Shown: one piece after another, positions 19,470 through 30,795 of the stretch
How the letters are laid out: every line of letters begins with the position of its first letter
Numbering within the stretch: position 1 is the first letter of the stretch
Origin: Candidatus Thorarchaeota archaeon
GTDB taxonomy: Archaea > Asgardarchaeota > Thorarchaeia > Thorarchaeales > Thorarchaeaceae
Reading direction: 5' to 3'
Assembly: GCA_016933575.1 (NCBI GenBank)
Contig: JAFGAR010000151.1
Location: forward strand, 133,338-197,337
DNA: 64,000 nt
Made by a program: the position numbers and the translations under genes
The notes under the pieces: model-generated
Database searches by the model: none
Seen by the model: only the letters and a program-made list of their open reading frames with translations
What the model was told of the DNA's origin: nothing

Positions 19470-21161
19470 CTATTCCAGAGTTTCTTCTCTCAATTCTAAG
19501 TTGGGTTTATTTCGCATTAAAATTCTCTCTATAAGGCGAAGAAGCGGTCGCGATACCCACCATAAGGGGGGAACCTGTTTTAGGAATTTCTTCAGATTCT
19601 CTAGGTCTTGAAAATTCATCAATCCCAAAACTAAACAGAATCCCAAGAAAACATACCAAAGTGGAATTACGAATAATAGTTTGGCAAGAGATTTTATTGT
19701 CAGATAATTCAGAAAAGGAAGGAATGAAAGTCCATTCACTACAAATTCTGCTACGAAGTAAACGCCGATCATGAGAGCTCCGAATAATATACACATCAAC
19801 AGAGCTCTAGCTAAGTATGAACTTCTAACGTTAATTTTCAATGTTTTCCGACAGTACAAATGATAAGTAATGAAAACCGGGAATATAGATACCCACCAGA
19901 GCGAAATTCCGAGAACACCCAACATTGGTTGCATAATAATTGTCCAGACACTCTGCAGTATCATTGAGAAAACGCCAATACCAAGTAGCACTTTCATCTT
20001 ATCAGAGGCTAGAACAAGTTGACTATATAGATTTGTTATGGGTACAATTAGGAGTATTGGCGACATTACAATGAAGTACTGTGCTGCTGAAAACCCACCT
20101 GTGACATCTAGTGCTCTTACTCCATAAATCGCTCCTAGTAAGTTAGGACCAAAAATGAAAGCAGATAGAAACATGAATATCAATGTTGGAATGATGATTC
20201 GATATGCATCATCAAATCTATTTCGGAGACGTTGCAGCTCTCCTCGTGCTCGCATCCCCGCCATGTTAGGAAGAAGTATTGCAAATGGGGCATTGAGGAA
20301 TGTCTTCAGAGTTTCAATACTCCTTTGTGCAATTGCATATCGTGCAAGTTCGGTATCTGAACCAACAAAATCCACAATAAGAGGTGCGATGATATTACCA
20401 AAAGTTGCGAGCAATGCGAGTGCAAAAATAACAGAACTCACTTTGAATAGTGGACCTGAAATCTCTCGCCACCCCTCCACTGATATTGAAATACCCTCAC
20501 TTCGCATCTCTCGTCGAAGAATTATTGCCGCTACGATGAATCCAACAACTGCAGTTCCTAAATACATGTACAAGATTTCTCTTATCCCAATTAAATTAGT
20601 CAAAAAAAGGAGAACCAGTATGACTCCTCTTGAACCATTGTAAAGCAAGTTGATGTAGAGGATCCGATTCATCCTCTGTAAACCAATGAATACCGAACCA
20701 GCTATAGAGTAATACGCTGTCGGTAGCATTGCGAATAATACCAAAATCCAGAGAACTCGCAATTCGTTTGTTACTTCTGGAGTTTCACCTACTAGAAATC
20801 CGATTTGTTCCGCAAGAAAAACAGAAACGAACGAAACTGCAAGAAATGCAATTGTTACTGCTATCAGTGACACTCCAATCACTGAACCCATTTTCTCTCG
20901 TTTGTGAGCTGCCTCTGATACAGATTTGATAATCCCTGTTGTTAAACCTAACATGATAATGATTGATAGAAGACTACTCCAGTACATCAGAACTTTAATG
21001 TGCGCATAATCAGAAATTGTCCAACTAATATCTATGGATCGCACGAGCAACGATGAAGATAACAGACCTACTACCACAGCTACTACTTGAGAAACCGAGT
21101 TGACAAATACATTCTTCTGCATACTATCGCTTTTCACGATGGAATCCGAGTCATCTATCAT
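19470..21161 (-). CDS. Oligosaccharide flippase (Wzx/MATE-like, MOP superfamily)
   Basis: About 14 TM helices in a glycosylation locus; KNV..NSVSQV N-terminus. Confidence 0.8.
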   Translation of the reverse strand: MIDDSDSIVKSDSMQKNVFVNSVSQVVAVVVGLLSSSLLVRSIDISWTISDYAHIKVLMYWSSLLSIIIMLGLTTGIIKSVSEAAHKREKMGSVIGVSLIAVTIAFLAVSFVSVFLAEQIGFLVGETPEVTNELRVLWILVLFAMLPTAYYSIAGSVFIGLQRMNRILYINLLYNGSRGVILVLLFLTNLIGIREILYMYLGTAVVGFIVAAIILRREMRSEGISISVEGWREISGPLFKVSSVIFALALLATFGNIIAPLIVDFVGSDTELARYAIAQRSIETLKTFLNAPFAILLPNMAGMRARGELQRLRNRFDDAYRIIIPTLIFMFLSAFIFGPNLLGAIYGVRALDVTGGFSAAQYFIVMSPILLIVPITNLYSQLVLASDKMKVLLGIGVFSMILQSVWTIIMQPMLGVLGISLWWVSIFPVFITYHLYCRKTLKINVRSSYLARALLMCILFGALMIGVYFVAEFVVNGLSFLPFLNYLTIKSLAKLLFVIPLWYVFLGFCLVLGLMNFQDLENLKKFLKQVPPLWWVSRPLLRLIERILMRNKPNLELREETLE

Positions 21162-21478
21162 TGCACTGTCACACCCATTGTAGCTGACATAAACCCTTCC
21201 TCAGTTCACTATACGTACTATGTCAAAATCCATAAGTTGCTTGAGGTTAGTGGAGAATTGTCTGGACCGTTATCTTACGTTTTTTAACTATATCCCCAGA
21301 CTAATTAAAAATATCATCATGATAAGCGCTTAAGGTTCAAACTAAACAAAGTTCCTTGGAAACTCGATTCTTGGTTATTCTATTCTCAGAGATTTTTGGG
21401 GCTATGAAATTAAATGTTGAGAAATTTCATCACCAACTATAATAAGAATAGACAAGCAAATAAAAATGGAGTATAAAG

Positions 21479-22729
21479 ATGAAGATTGTATTTGTTCAAC
21501 CGCTAACAGGTTTCAAAGGGCACACTTGGGAGGCATTAAACATTGGTTATCTCTCATCGTATCTAGAGAAATATTATAGTAGCGATTTGGACATTGAATT
21601 CTATTCTGGTTTTTATGATTCTGATGAAACCATCTTACATGCGTGTGAAGATGCAGATATTATCGGTATGAGTTGTACGTCCCCCCAGTTTAGACATGGA
21701 GTAGAACTTGCAAATCAAATAAAAAATAAAGATAATCTAATCGTCTTTGGTGGAGTACATGCCTCTGCTCTTCCCGATCTAGTGGCCCAAGAACCCTCTA
21801 TTGATGTTGTTGTAGTTGGCGAGGGTGAAAAGGCAATGCTTCAAATTGTTAATGATTTTAATGAAGGGAAAAAGACACCTAGTAAATTACTCCATTTCGA
21901 TTTTGTTGAAGATTTAGACACAATCCCATTCCCTGATAGAACCGTAATTAAAAACGAAAGACATATTCAACAAGCATACAAAGATAATGGAGTTAGAATC
22001 ACATCAGTTCTTACCAGCAGAGGATGTCCATTTCGATGTGCTTTTTGTTGCAGTGAAACAATCTGGCATAGAAAAACAAGAATTCGGTCAGTCGGGAATG
22101 TTTTGCAAGAGATTGAAGAACTGGTCAAAGATTGGAATATTCAATTTCTCAAATTTTCAGACGATACGTTCACACTCAATAAGAAATGGATAGCAGAGTT
22201 CTCGCGTCGCAAAATTGAGATTGGGCTCAATTTACCATATGGAAGCAATGCTCATGTAAATACTATTGATGAGAATATGTTGAAACATCTTGCTGATAGT
22301 AATTGTACAGAACTATGGTACGGTGTTGAAAGCGGTTCATCCAAAATATTGAAGGATATGCGTAAGAGTATTAATGTCGAGCGAATAAAGAAGGTCTTCA
22401 AACTGACTAAAGATTACGGTATTAAAACTCGCGCCTATTTCCTATTGGGAATGCCAAATGAAACAATTGAAGACATTAGGTTGACAGAGAAGTTATGCGA
22501 CGAGATTGAACCCGACGTTGTCGGATTCTCTTTACTTGCTCCATTTCCAGATAATGAATTCTATGATTATGAAACCATGAAAGATTGGGACTGGTCAATG
22601 TTTGACGAGTACAGTAACGATTGGGTTCAAACGAAAACCTTGACAAATCAACAATTGAAAGATGAGCAAAAGCGACTGGTGGAAAAATACCAGAGAAAAA
22701 TCACGTTTAGACAGAAGCAGGAGAAATAA
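21479..22729 (+). CDS. Cobalamin-dependent radical SAM protein
   Basis: GGVHAS and GEGE (B12-binding domain); SRGCPFRCAFC, DDTF and GVESGS motifs. Confidence 0.9.
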   Translation: MKIVFVQPLTGFKGHTWEALNIGYLSSYLEKYYSSDLDIEFYSGFYDSDETILHACEDADIIGMSCTSPQFRHGVELANQIKNKDNLIVFGGVHASALPDLVAQEPSIDVVVVGEGEKAMLQIVNDFNEGKKTPSKLLHFDFVEDLDTIPFPDRTVIKNERHIQQAYKDNGVRITSVLTSRGCPFRCAFCCSETIWHRKTRIRSVGNVLQEIEELVKDWNIQFLKFSDDTFTLNKKWIAEFSRRKIEIGLNLPYGSNAHVNTIDENMLKHLADSNCTELWYGVESGSSKILKDMRKSINVERIKKVFKLTKDYGIKTRAYFLLGMPNETIEDIRLTEKLCDEIEPDVVGFSLLAPFPDNEFYDYETMKDWDWSMFDEYSNDWVQTKTLTNQQLKDEQKRLVEKYQRKITFRQKQEK

Positions 22730-22735
22730 CAAAAG

Positions 22736-23878
22736 ATGAAAATTCCTCTGTTCAAGATCTATTGGGATAACGAGGATATTGAAGCAGTCAGTAAAGTCAT
22801 TAAAAAAGGAGCATATTGGACAACAGGTCCAATTGTTAATGAATTTGAAAGTAAGATCTCCGAATATATCGGTTCCAAATACTGCGTCACTTTCAACTCA
22901 GGAACGTCAGCGTTGCATTCCATTCTCTTAGCTTATGGCGTTACGGTGGGGGACGAAGTCATTGTTCCTTCCTTTACGTTTATCGCAACAGCAAACGCAC
23001 CACTCTTTACAGGGGCAAAGCCGATATTTGCCGATATCGAGGAGAAAACTCTCGGATTAGATCCTTTAGATGTTAAAGAAAAAATCACAAAGAAAACAAA
23101 GGCTATTATTCCTGTCCACTATGGAGGTTCACCTTGTCGTATTAATGAATTGAAAGAGATTGCTGAGGATCATAATCTGATATTGATAGAAGATGCTGCG
23201 GAATCTTTTGGTGCGATGATCGATGACAGAAAAATCGGAACCTTTGGAGACTCTACCATGTTTAGTTTCTGTCAGAATAAAATAATCACCACTGGGGACG
23301 GTGGGTGCATTACAACTAATTCAAAAGATGTCTATGAGAAATTGAAATTAATTAGATCTCATGGTAGACAAGAGACATCGAATTATTTTTCCTCAACCGA
23401 GTTTATGGATTATGTTACATTAGGATACAATTTTAGAATATCTGATATCACTGCTGCCTTAGGTGTATCTCAAATCAATAAAATTGATAAAATCATTGAA
23501 CTGCGACGGAAAAACGCAAATTATCTAAATGATAGACTTTCATCAATCGATGAGATAGATCTTCTAAATCCACCAGAGGAATACTTCCACGTATATCAAA
23601 TGTACACAATTAGAGTCGCAGGAGGGGCACGAACAAGGGATGAGCTGATGAGATATTTATCTGAGAAAGGTATTGGCACAAAAGTGTACTTTTATCCTGT
23701 TCATTTAACGCACTTCTATAAAACCAAATTTGGCTACAATCGCGGCGAAGTACCTCGCACTGAAGAAATATCTGATTGTGTATTGTCTTTGCCAATGTTT
23801 CCAACAATGGTCAAGGAAGAGATGGATTATATTGCCGAGACTTTGAACAACTTTTTTGAAAAGCATCCCTACGAATGA
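22736..23878 (+). CDS. DegT/DnrJ/EryC1/StrS nucleotide-sugar aminotransferase
   Basis: NSGTSALH, PSFTFIATANA, EDAAESFG, FSFCQNKIITTGDGG (PLP Lys) and GYNFR motifs. Confidence 0.92.
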   Translation: MKIPLFKIYWDNEDIEAVSKVIKKGAYWTTGPIVNEFESKISEYIGSKYCVTFNSGTSALHSILLAYGVTVGDEVIVPSFTFIATANAPLFTGAKPIFADIEEKTLGLDPLDVKEKITKKTKAIIPVHYGGSPCRINELKEIAEDHNLILIEDAAESFGAMIDDRKIGTFGDSTMFSFCQNKIITTGDGGCITTNSKDVYEKLKLIRSHGRQETSNYFSSTEFMDYVTLGYNFRISDITAALGVSQINKIDKIIELRRKNANYLNDRLSSIDEIDLLNPPEEYFHVYQMYTIRVAGGARTRDELMRYLSEKGIGTKVYFYPVHLTHFYKTKFGYNRGEVPRTEEISDCVLSLPMFPTMVKEEMDYIAETLNNFFEKHPYE

Positions 23879-23967
23879 TAAGTTCATCATCAGCTTCTCA
23901 AAGACGAAGGTACTTGCACTTCACAAAAAAAGCAGTATTAGTAATTTCTTCTTTATTCCAAGTTATC

Positions 23968-25410
23968 TTAACACGAGTCATTTGCTGCTGGATTGTATTC
24001 AGGTATTATTTTTTTAAGCATAGTAATTATCGAGGTTCTATCAGAGCATTCAGCATATTTTGCTAGGGCTTGAATATCACTTTCCATATCAGTCCAATTA
24101 CTCCGTCGTTTATTGGTGATTTTCAATATATACTCACTACTTGTTGATTCTATTACCTCTCCACTACCTATCAATTCTTCACTCAACTTTTCACCATTTT
24201 TGAGACCAGTAATGACAAATTGAATTTGATGATCAGGATCATAACCATATATTCGACACATCTCTTGGGCAATATCTAAAATCTTCACTTGATCTCCCAT
24301 TTTCAGAACATAAATTGCGCCATTCTGGGATAATGCACCAGCTTGTATGACTAAGTGCGCTGCTTCTGAAACACTCATGAAGAATCGTTCGACTTCTGGA
24401 TGTGTGATGGTAATTGGACCGCCGTTTTCAATTTGCTTGCGGAATAGTCGTACTACACTCCCTTCACTATCGAAGACATTTCCAAAACGAACAGCGCTTA
24501 ATTTCGTATATTTACTACGTCGAGCATATTCTTCCATCAAAAGTTCGACGAATCGTTTGGATGCTCCCATTACGCAAGTAGGATTGACTGCCTTATCAGT
24601 TGAAATTGTGATAAGTCGTTTTGTTTTGTGTTCTAGTGCAATTCTAAACAGACAATCTGATGCTAGTATATTATTCTTCACTGACTCTTCAGGGTACATC
24701 TCCATGAAATTGACATGCTTGAATGCCGCCGCATGAAAAACGACATCCGGGGAATATTCAGAGAATAGATCATCAATTCTTTTTTCATCCTGTAAATCTG
24801 CTATCACCGGTACAACCAAATTCCTTAGTTCATCCATTTCAAGATTCCAGAGGAGTTCAGCCATTCCATTTTCAGATCGATCAATAAGAACAAGTGTGCG
24901 GGGTTTAAGATGTGCAACCTGATCAACAATCTCTGAACCAATAGATCCTGCAGCTCCAGTCACGAAGACTACAGCTCCCTGCAAATATGATACAACTTCA
25001 TTTCTATTGGTCTTAATAGGATCGCGTTTTACAAGGTCCTCAAAACGTACTTCCCTAATTGATGATGTTACTCTACTTTCTCCAGTTAAAATATCGTATA
25101 CTCCAGGAAGAATTCTACATTCTACTCCCGCTGTTTCACACATGTTCCGAATTCGCTTTACTACAGCTCCATGAGCGGATGGCATGGCAATTACGACATC
25201 ATCAAACCCTAGCTCACTTGCCAATCGTTCAATATCAAAAGTAGTTCCAATAACTTTAACGTTCTCGATCTTATATCCTTGGAGTGCTGCGGAATCATCA
25301 ACAAATCCAACGATTTCCACTTTTTCTGAGTGGCGGCTCTTTAACTCCTGAAGAGCGTATTTTCCTCCATCCCCAGCACCAGCAATCAGAACTCGTGTTT
25401 TTTTAGGCAT
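23968..25410 (-). CDS. UDP-GlcNAc 4,6-dehydratase, PglF/CapD-like (soluble, no N-terminal TM part)
   Basis: TGAAGSIGSE, HAAAFKHV, ISTDKAVNP..VMGASKR, VRFGNV..S.GSVV and GEKL.EEL motifs. Confidence 0.9.
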   Translation of the reverse strand: MPKKTRVLIAGAGDGGKYALQELKSRHSEKVEIVGFVDDSAALQGYKIENVKVIGTTFDIERLASELGFDDVVIAMPSAHGAVVKRIRNMCETAGVECRILPGVYDILTGESRVTSSIREVRFEDLVKRDPIKTNRNEVVSYLQGAVVFVTGAAGSIGSEIVDQVAHLKPRTLVLIDRSENGMAELLWNLEMDELRNLVVPVIADLQDEKRIDDLFSEYSPDVVFHAAAFKHVNFMEMYPEESVKNNILASDCLFRIALEHKTKRLITISTDKAVNPTCVMGASKRFVELLMEEYARRSKYTKLSAVRFGNVFDSEGSVVRLFRKQIENGGPITITHPEVERFFMSVSEAAHLVIQAGALSQNGAIYVLKMGDQVKILDIAQEMCRIYGYDPDHQIQFVITGLKNGEKLSEELIGSGEVIESTSSEYILKITNKRRSNWTDMESDIQALAKYAECSDRTSIITMLKKIIPEYNPAANDSC

Positions 25411-25532
25411 GTGTAATCAACTCAGGCACACTCGTGTTCGTTCTTATATACCTTTAAACTGAGCGTATTCCTCAACCATGTTTGTGAACTAAATTCTATG
25501 CCTAAAAAACCAGTGTCAATGACTCGTTTTTA

Positions 25533-26723
25533 TCATTGATACTGTTCCTTAAGTCTCTCAAAAATAGCGATATATTTATCCAAGAATAATTTACGATTAT
25601 GTTTCCTTAATGCAATTTCCCTTGATTTTGTTCCCATTTTCTTTCTCAAATCATCATCAGTTAGAAGAAGTATTATTTTTTCTGCATAACTTTTAGGATT
25701 ATCAGGTTCTTCCACAAAGAATCCACTGACCCCGTCCTGAACAAAAGCCCTGGTTTCACCTACATCATTTGCTACAATTGGTATTCCTACTGACATCGCC
25801 TGCATTCCAGAAATTGAGACTCCATCATTCGTTGGACACTGGATGTATACATCTGAAACAGCATATGCTTTCGCCATTTCTTCCTCGTATATGTAGCCTG
25901 TAAAGATGACGTTATCAGATATACCTAGATCTTTGCAGAGTTTGATTAACTGCTGTCTCTGAGATCCATCATTCCCGACGATGAGAATTGCATCTGGAAT
26001 TTCCTTCAATACCAGCGCAAATGCACGGATGATAATTTCTGGTCTGTAGAATAATTCAAGTGGCCTGAATTGAATTATCACCGGTTGATTACCTATCCCA
26101 TGTTTTTGGCGAAAATCCTCTGCATCAATCTCTCGGACAAAGAAATCCGTATCAACTCCCCATGATGAAATAAATAGGTGATCATCATCAATAGGATGGA
26201 TTTCTCTTATTATATTGGCTGAAATCTCGCTTTCTGTATGAACCACATCTGCCCATTCGATTGCCCTCTTAACCAACGGGCGTAGGTATGGATACTTTTG
26301 AGGGCCTCTGATTAGATCAGATCCCCATGATGCGATTACTGCAGGTTTGAATTTTGCAGCGTGCGCGAGAAGAACTCCTTCTGTTAGATAATGTCCATGA
26401 ACGACATCTATCTGATTGTCACTCAGAAATTTTCTAATGATAGGTCCATAAAACTCGAGTTGGCTGTGTAGCGAGGTCTTGTTCATCATTCCTCGTATCA
26501 AAGTTCTAAATCGCCCTTTTCGAATCATTGAAGTAATAAGTTTGGTTCGCTTGGGTTTATTGAGAAGGAATTGCTCACAATTGTACTCTGGAGTTCTGAC
26601 GATTGATTTGCCTTCCCAATCTTTGACATAGATAACATAGGGTTCAACACCTCTCTCAATTAACTGCTTTGCCCATTGTTCGGTATGGAATGATACTGGA
26701 TTAGATATCTCAGCAACTCGCAT
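25533..26723 (-). CDS. Glycosyltransferase family 4
   Basis: WGSD, GVDTDFF and DG.S.S..QAM..G.P+V..DVG motifs. Confidence 0.85.
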   Translation of the reverse strand: MRVAEISNPVSFHTEQWAKQLIERGVEPYVIYVKDWEGKSIVRTPEYNCEQFLLNKPKRTKLITSMIRKGRFRTLIRGMMNKTSLHSQLEFYGPIIRKFLSDNQIDVVHGHYLTEGVLLAHAAKFKPAVIASWGSDLIRGPQKYPYLRPLVKRAIEWADVVHTESEISANIIREIHPIDDDHLFISSWGVDTDFFVREIDAEDFRQKHGIGNQPVIIQFRPLELFYRPEIIIRAFALVLKEIPDAILIVGNDGSQRQQLIKLCKDLGISDNVIFTGYIYEEEMAKAYAVSDVYIQCPTNDGVSISGMQAMSVGIPIVANDVGETRAFVQDGVSGFFVEEPDNPKSYAEKIILLLTDDDLRKKMGTKSREIALRKHNRKLFLDKYIAIFERLKEQYQ

Positions 26724-26847
26724 TACTTCGCCTTCTTGTTCTTTCTTGAAAATATCGCCTGTAAGTTTTCAAAAATATCTTGTTTGCTTTTTAAAATGTA
26801 TTAGTTATCTTTGTGCACATACTTAGTTATTAATCATCAAGACAATT

Positions 26848-27837
26848 TCAAAGAGCTTTTTCATATGCTTCATGGACAATATGTTCGTAATGGTCCCATA
26901 TGTAGTGTTCTCTGGCAAACTCCATTATCTTCATACCATCGACAGATGGAACCGAATCTACCACATCCCTGATGTCATCGTAACTCTTGAATTGATGGAT
27001 ATAGGGATTCCCTTCGAAGAGATGTGTGAAATTTTCATTCAAGACAACTTGTAATCCCGCATGAAGATATTCATAATTCTTATTCGGATTACTGATAAGA
27101 TGAAATGGGTGCAGCTTGTATGGGGTCAGTCCAATCTTGTATGTTGAAAGTTTGGACATCATTTCTTTGTGGGGGAGTCCTGCAACAACATCAAATTCGA
27201 GAATATCACGCAATCCCGTCATATCTCTTGTTGGAATGAATCTTGGCCATGAGAAATCACCTCCCATATAGACCAAACCCGATCGTGTAGCTGGATTTTC
27301 AATCCATTCAACTTCTGAAAGAAATGGAACATTAATCACAACTCCAATATTTGTGGTAAACTTTCGATAGTAATTAGAGATACCTTCACTTACTGTCAAG
27401 ACCGGATACTTTTCTGCCATTTGCTGTTCCCAGTCTGGAAATTTTCGTACCAAAAAACGCGCTGCTGTTTTTCTCAAAAATGGTCTTGCCATAAAAATGA
27501 ACTTCTGAGCACTGAGATTCTCATGATCATCGAACACAACTGGATAATTTGTTTCTAACAAAAAATGACCGACAACCACATTGTGAGCGTGAACTATATC
27601 AGGATCTACATCTTTTATTGCTTTTATCCAGCGTTTCTTCACCCGCGGATCGTGAACGATACTAGGCCCAATTCCTAATGGTATAGTTACCGCTGAAGAA
27701 AATGCTGAGAGATGTTGTCCCCCTATACGGTGTCCTCCTATGAACACCATTTCATGACCTTGCTTTCTCATGGTCATTGCCATTCTCTCAACACGGGGAT
27801 CTGGAAGTCCTCCATCACTGACATGCAGTATCTTCAT
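26848..27837 (-). CDS. Glycosyltransferase (GT-B, GT4-like)
   Basis: DPRVERMA, DIVHAHN, DDHE and PNKNYEYLHAGL motifs. Confidence 0.8.
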   Translation of the reverse strand: MKILHVSDGGLPDPRVERMAMTMRKQGHEMVFIGGHRIGGQHLSAFSSAVTIPLGIGPSIVHDPRVKKRWIKAIKDVDPDIVHAHNVVVGHFLLETNYPVVFDDHENLSAQKFIFMARPFLRKTAARFLVRKFPDWEQQMAEKYPVLTVSEGISNYYRKFTTNIGVVINVPFLSEVEWIENPATRSGLVYMGGDFSWPRFIPTRDMTGLRDILEFDVVAGLPHKEMMSKLSTYKIGLTPYKLHPFHLISNPNKNYEYLHAGLQVVLNENFTHLFEGNPYIHQFKSYDDIRDVVDSVPSVDGMKIMEFAREHYIWDHYEHIVHEAYEKAL

Positions 27838-27940
27838 TTGTATGCCCTCAATTGCGGTGTCATATAAATCCACTTCTCAATGAAGTTCTCCCCTCGTAAA
27901 AACGACACCTATATTATGTATTCTACTCTGTGAGCTGATA

Positions 27941-28915
27941 GTGAAGAAACTCGAACTACATTTGGAGCTCGAAAAAATGGGAAGTACTAGCTCAAAATTC
28001 CCTTTTCATCGTTACTGTGAATTCTGCAATAAAGAATGCGAATCACCAGGCATACCTGATGCGGAGTATGTTCATGTAACCAATGTATGGAATGGTCGTG
28101 ATTACATAGAACAAGCCTTTAGAAATCTAGCAAAACAAACCAAACTTCCGAAAGTCTGGTTATGGATCGATGATGGATCAGTTGATGGTACTTCTGAAGA
28201 GATTCTCCGTGTTGCGAGCAAATTTCCGCAATTTGAAGTTTGGATAGAAAAAATGCCACCTAAATCCAAAGGGAATCTTAACACAATTGGTCGTGCGTAT
28301 TCTGCAATAATGCCCCGAGTTATTGATAAATTGGATTCACTTAACATCAAATACTTCACAATTCAAGATGTTGATACAGAGCCATGTCCAAATTATTTTG
28401 CACGAGTAATATGGTTCATGGACAATGACCAAACCCTTGGAGCGTGCTCTGGAACAGTAATTGGTGAAGAAACTGCCAGAGAAGCGGGTATGCCTATGGG
28501 TGGTCTAAAAGTAGTTCGTTGGAATATTGTTAGAGAGATCCAGAAATATTGGGATCTCTCTCCTGACACATTTCTCAATATTCGTGCTTTGAAGAAAGGC
28601 TATCGACTTAAGATTTGGAGAATTCCCGTAAGGCAAGACACACCCGCCTATGGTACTACTGAGAAAGGGATGTTCTATCAAGGTCAATTGAATTACTTCA
28701 TCGGTCGACCGTTTTTTGGTGTCCTAATTAGGGCTCTGCGGCGTGTCATCCTAAGAAGATATGGGACAGCAATGCTTCGGGGTTACCTATTCGAGAAGGC
28801 AAAAGGTACTTGGCGGTGCGATGATCCTGATGTCACAAGCTTCTATGGGCAGGGAAAACCTTGGCCATGGGTCATAATAAATTTGATACGAACCAGAGGT
28901 CGTTATTCTGCATAG
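27941..28915 (+). CDS. Glycosyltransferase family 2
   Basis: IDDGSVDGT and DVD motifs (GT-A fold). Confidence 0.82.
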   Translation: MKKLELHLELEKMGSTSSKFPFHRYCEFCNKECESPGIPDAEYVHVTNVWNGRDYIEQAFRNLAKQTKLPKVWLWIDDGSVDGTSEEILRVASKFPQFEVWIEKMPPKSKGNLNTIGRAYSAIMPRVIDKLDSLNIKYFTIQDVDTEPCPNYFARVIWFMDNDQTLGACSGTVIGEETAREAGMPMGGLKVVRWNIVREIQKYWDLSPDTFLNIRALKKGYRLKIWRIPVRQDTPAYGTTEKGMFYQGQLNYFIGRPFFGVLIRALRRVILRRYGTAMLRGYLFEKAKGTWRCDDPDVTSFYGQGKPWPWVIINLIRTRGRYSA

Positions 28916-28917
28916 CA

Positions 28918-29994
28918 TTAGCTCGTCCATTGCTTTCCTTCATACTCTAAGACTTCTCTCCAGACTCGTTGAAGTTTCAAACCCCACTTTATCTTGGGTT
29001 CAAAATCACTATTGAATGTGCCAAGAGCCATGTCAACCATAATCTCAGGTATATTTACACCGCCTTCTACACTGATTATTGTAGTGCCTTGCAATCTTGG
29101 ATTCATCTCAAGAAGCTTCAGATTTCCCTCTCTATCTTCGCGAAGTTGTATACCAATATTGTAGGATAAATTAAACCCATTGACAATTTTTTCAGAAAAT
29201 TGCCGAATAAAATCAAAATGGTCATCTTTGGCCAATATCGCTCCTGTGGTTATCCCTCCTGTCATGACGCTGCGCAGTCTTGGTAATACTGCGTAGACAT
29301 TTCCCTTTTGGCAGAGGATGTCAATGGTATATTCTCGACCAGGAAGAAATTCCATAATGAGCATTTTACGAAAACTCTCTCCGAGTGTTTCCTTAATAGT
29401 TTCCAAGTCAGAATAGGTGGAATCTGGTTTCTCAGAAAAGAACATCTTCTCTCGATCTTTGGTCTCATCTAGAATACGAAATCCTCGGCTTCCGTCAGCC
29501 ACAGCAGGTTTGATGCAAATCGGTACATCTGGATATCCCAGTCTTTCACAAGCTTTCTCCAATTCATCTATATTCGTTACCACGTAATGATTTGGAGTTT
29601 CAAGATTAAGTCTTTCAACAGCAGTGTACAACTCAACTTTGTTATAGAGCGTTTCAATTAGGTTCGCATCTTCGCTGGGCAGAGTAGGTTCTATTCCTAA
29701 CTCTCTGAGTCTTTTAATATTTCGTGCTAAAGGCGCTAAGTCATCTGTTCGAATCGGTATTAGGACTTCTGCTTTCTCTCTCTCTGCAGCAGCTATTATT
29801 CTACTTGGCCACTCAGGAACCAAATTATCTCCAATGACATCCGATTTATCTGCAAAGTGAGCCGCCAAGTGGGATTTCCAATCTGTGGAATAGATATAGA
29901 ACTCGAATCTCTTGCTTTTCCTAAGAGCATACACAATACTTGTGAATCCGGGTGCACAAAATCCTGTGAGTAGGATTCTGACATTACGTACCAA
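28918..29994 (-). CDS. ATP-grasp amide ligase (CarB-like/PylC-like), catalytic motifs intact
   Basis: NKV, IKP....GSRG, MEFLPGREYT.D and LLEMNPR motifs. Confidence 0.88.
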   Translation of the reverse strand: MVRNVRILLTGFCAPGFTSIVYALRKSKRFEFYIYSTDWKSHLAAHFADKSDVIGDNLVPEWPSRIIAAAEREKAEVLIPIRTDDLAPLARNIKRLRELGIEPTLPSEDANLIETLYNKVELYTAVERLNLETPNHYVVTNIDELEKACERLGYPDVPICIKPAVADGSRGFRILDETKDREKMFFSEKPDSTYSDLETIKETLGESFRKMLIMEFLPGREYTIDILCQKGNVYAVLPRLRSVMTGGITTGAILAKDDHFDFIRQFSEKIVNGFNLSYNIGIQLREDREGNLKLLEMNPRLQGTTIISVEGGVNIPEIMVDMALGTFNSDFEPKIKWGLKLQRVWREVLEYEGKQWTS

Positions 29995-30640
29995 TTGTCC
30001 AAGTCCCCTTTAACTGGACAAACGCTTCTGCATATTCAGAATTTGTGTTAACACCATCGACTCGTAGTTGGGACCGGAAGTTATCAAGATTGAACCACCC
30101 ATTACGAAGTTCGAATTGTGTCTTGTATAGGGAGATTGCTTCGATTTTCTTATCTGCCTCTTCAGAGGTCAAAGGAATGAACAGATTTGGGTTGAAGTCT
30201 TTACATGTGCCCATTATCGGGTACTGAATTAGAGTGGCATGATTTCTACCAAATGCACGGACTGCTTCTTCTGCAACAGTTCGATGATCTTGGTGGATGT
30301 CTCCAGTATAGGGTGCTATTACAAGTTCAATTTCAGGATCCTTTCGATAGTGATAGATTGAATCGAGAATCTCTTGCCTCTGTTTGTGTAAATGTTTGTT
30401 CTCAAAATTATGATGGATTATTTCTGTAGCACCCAGAAGTTTTGCAGCTCGTCTATCTTCATCCGCAATCTGACCCTTTGGGTATTTTGTACCAACTAGT
30501 GTATCATCGCAGATTGAAAACACTATATGTACAATATGGCATCCACTCTTTGCAAGTTTCTGAATCAGGCCTCCAGCACCTATGATAGCATCATCTGTAT
30601 GGGGCGAGAGAACTAAGGCTTTCTTGACGACGACTTGCAT
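29984..30640 (-). CDS. PIG-L/LmbE family de-N-acetylase
   Basis: SPHTDDA..GAGG, DIHQDH, Y.TQ and YAEAF motifs; overlaps the ATP-grasp start. Confidence 0.88.
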   Translation of the reverse strand: MQVVVKKALVLSPHTDDAIIGAGGLIQKLAKSGCHIVHIVFSICDDTLVGTKYPKGQIADEDRRAAKLLGATEIIHHNFENKHLHKQRQEILDSIYHYRKDPEIELVIAPYTGDIHQDHRTVAEEAVRAFGRNHATLIQYPIMGTCKDFNPNLFIPLTSEEADKKIEAISLYKTQFELRNGWFNLDNFRSQLRVDGVNTNSEYAEAFVQLKGTWTIGT

Positions 30641-30795
30641 GAAATTTCACTCCAGAGGCGTCTAAACTGACCTTTCTATCTAGTTAATAGCATTTTCCTC
30701 ATTATACATCTACTATATATTGTGATTTTTCTCTCGCGGGAAGATTGAAGAGATTCACTATATTCATGTAAACCGATGAATACGGGGTTTGAAAT

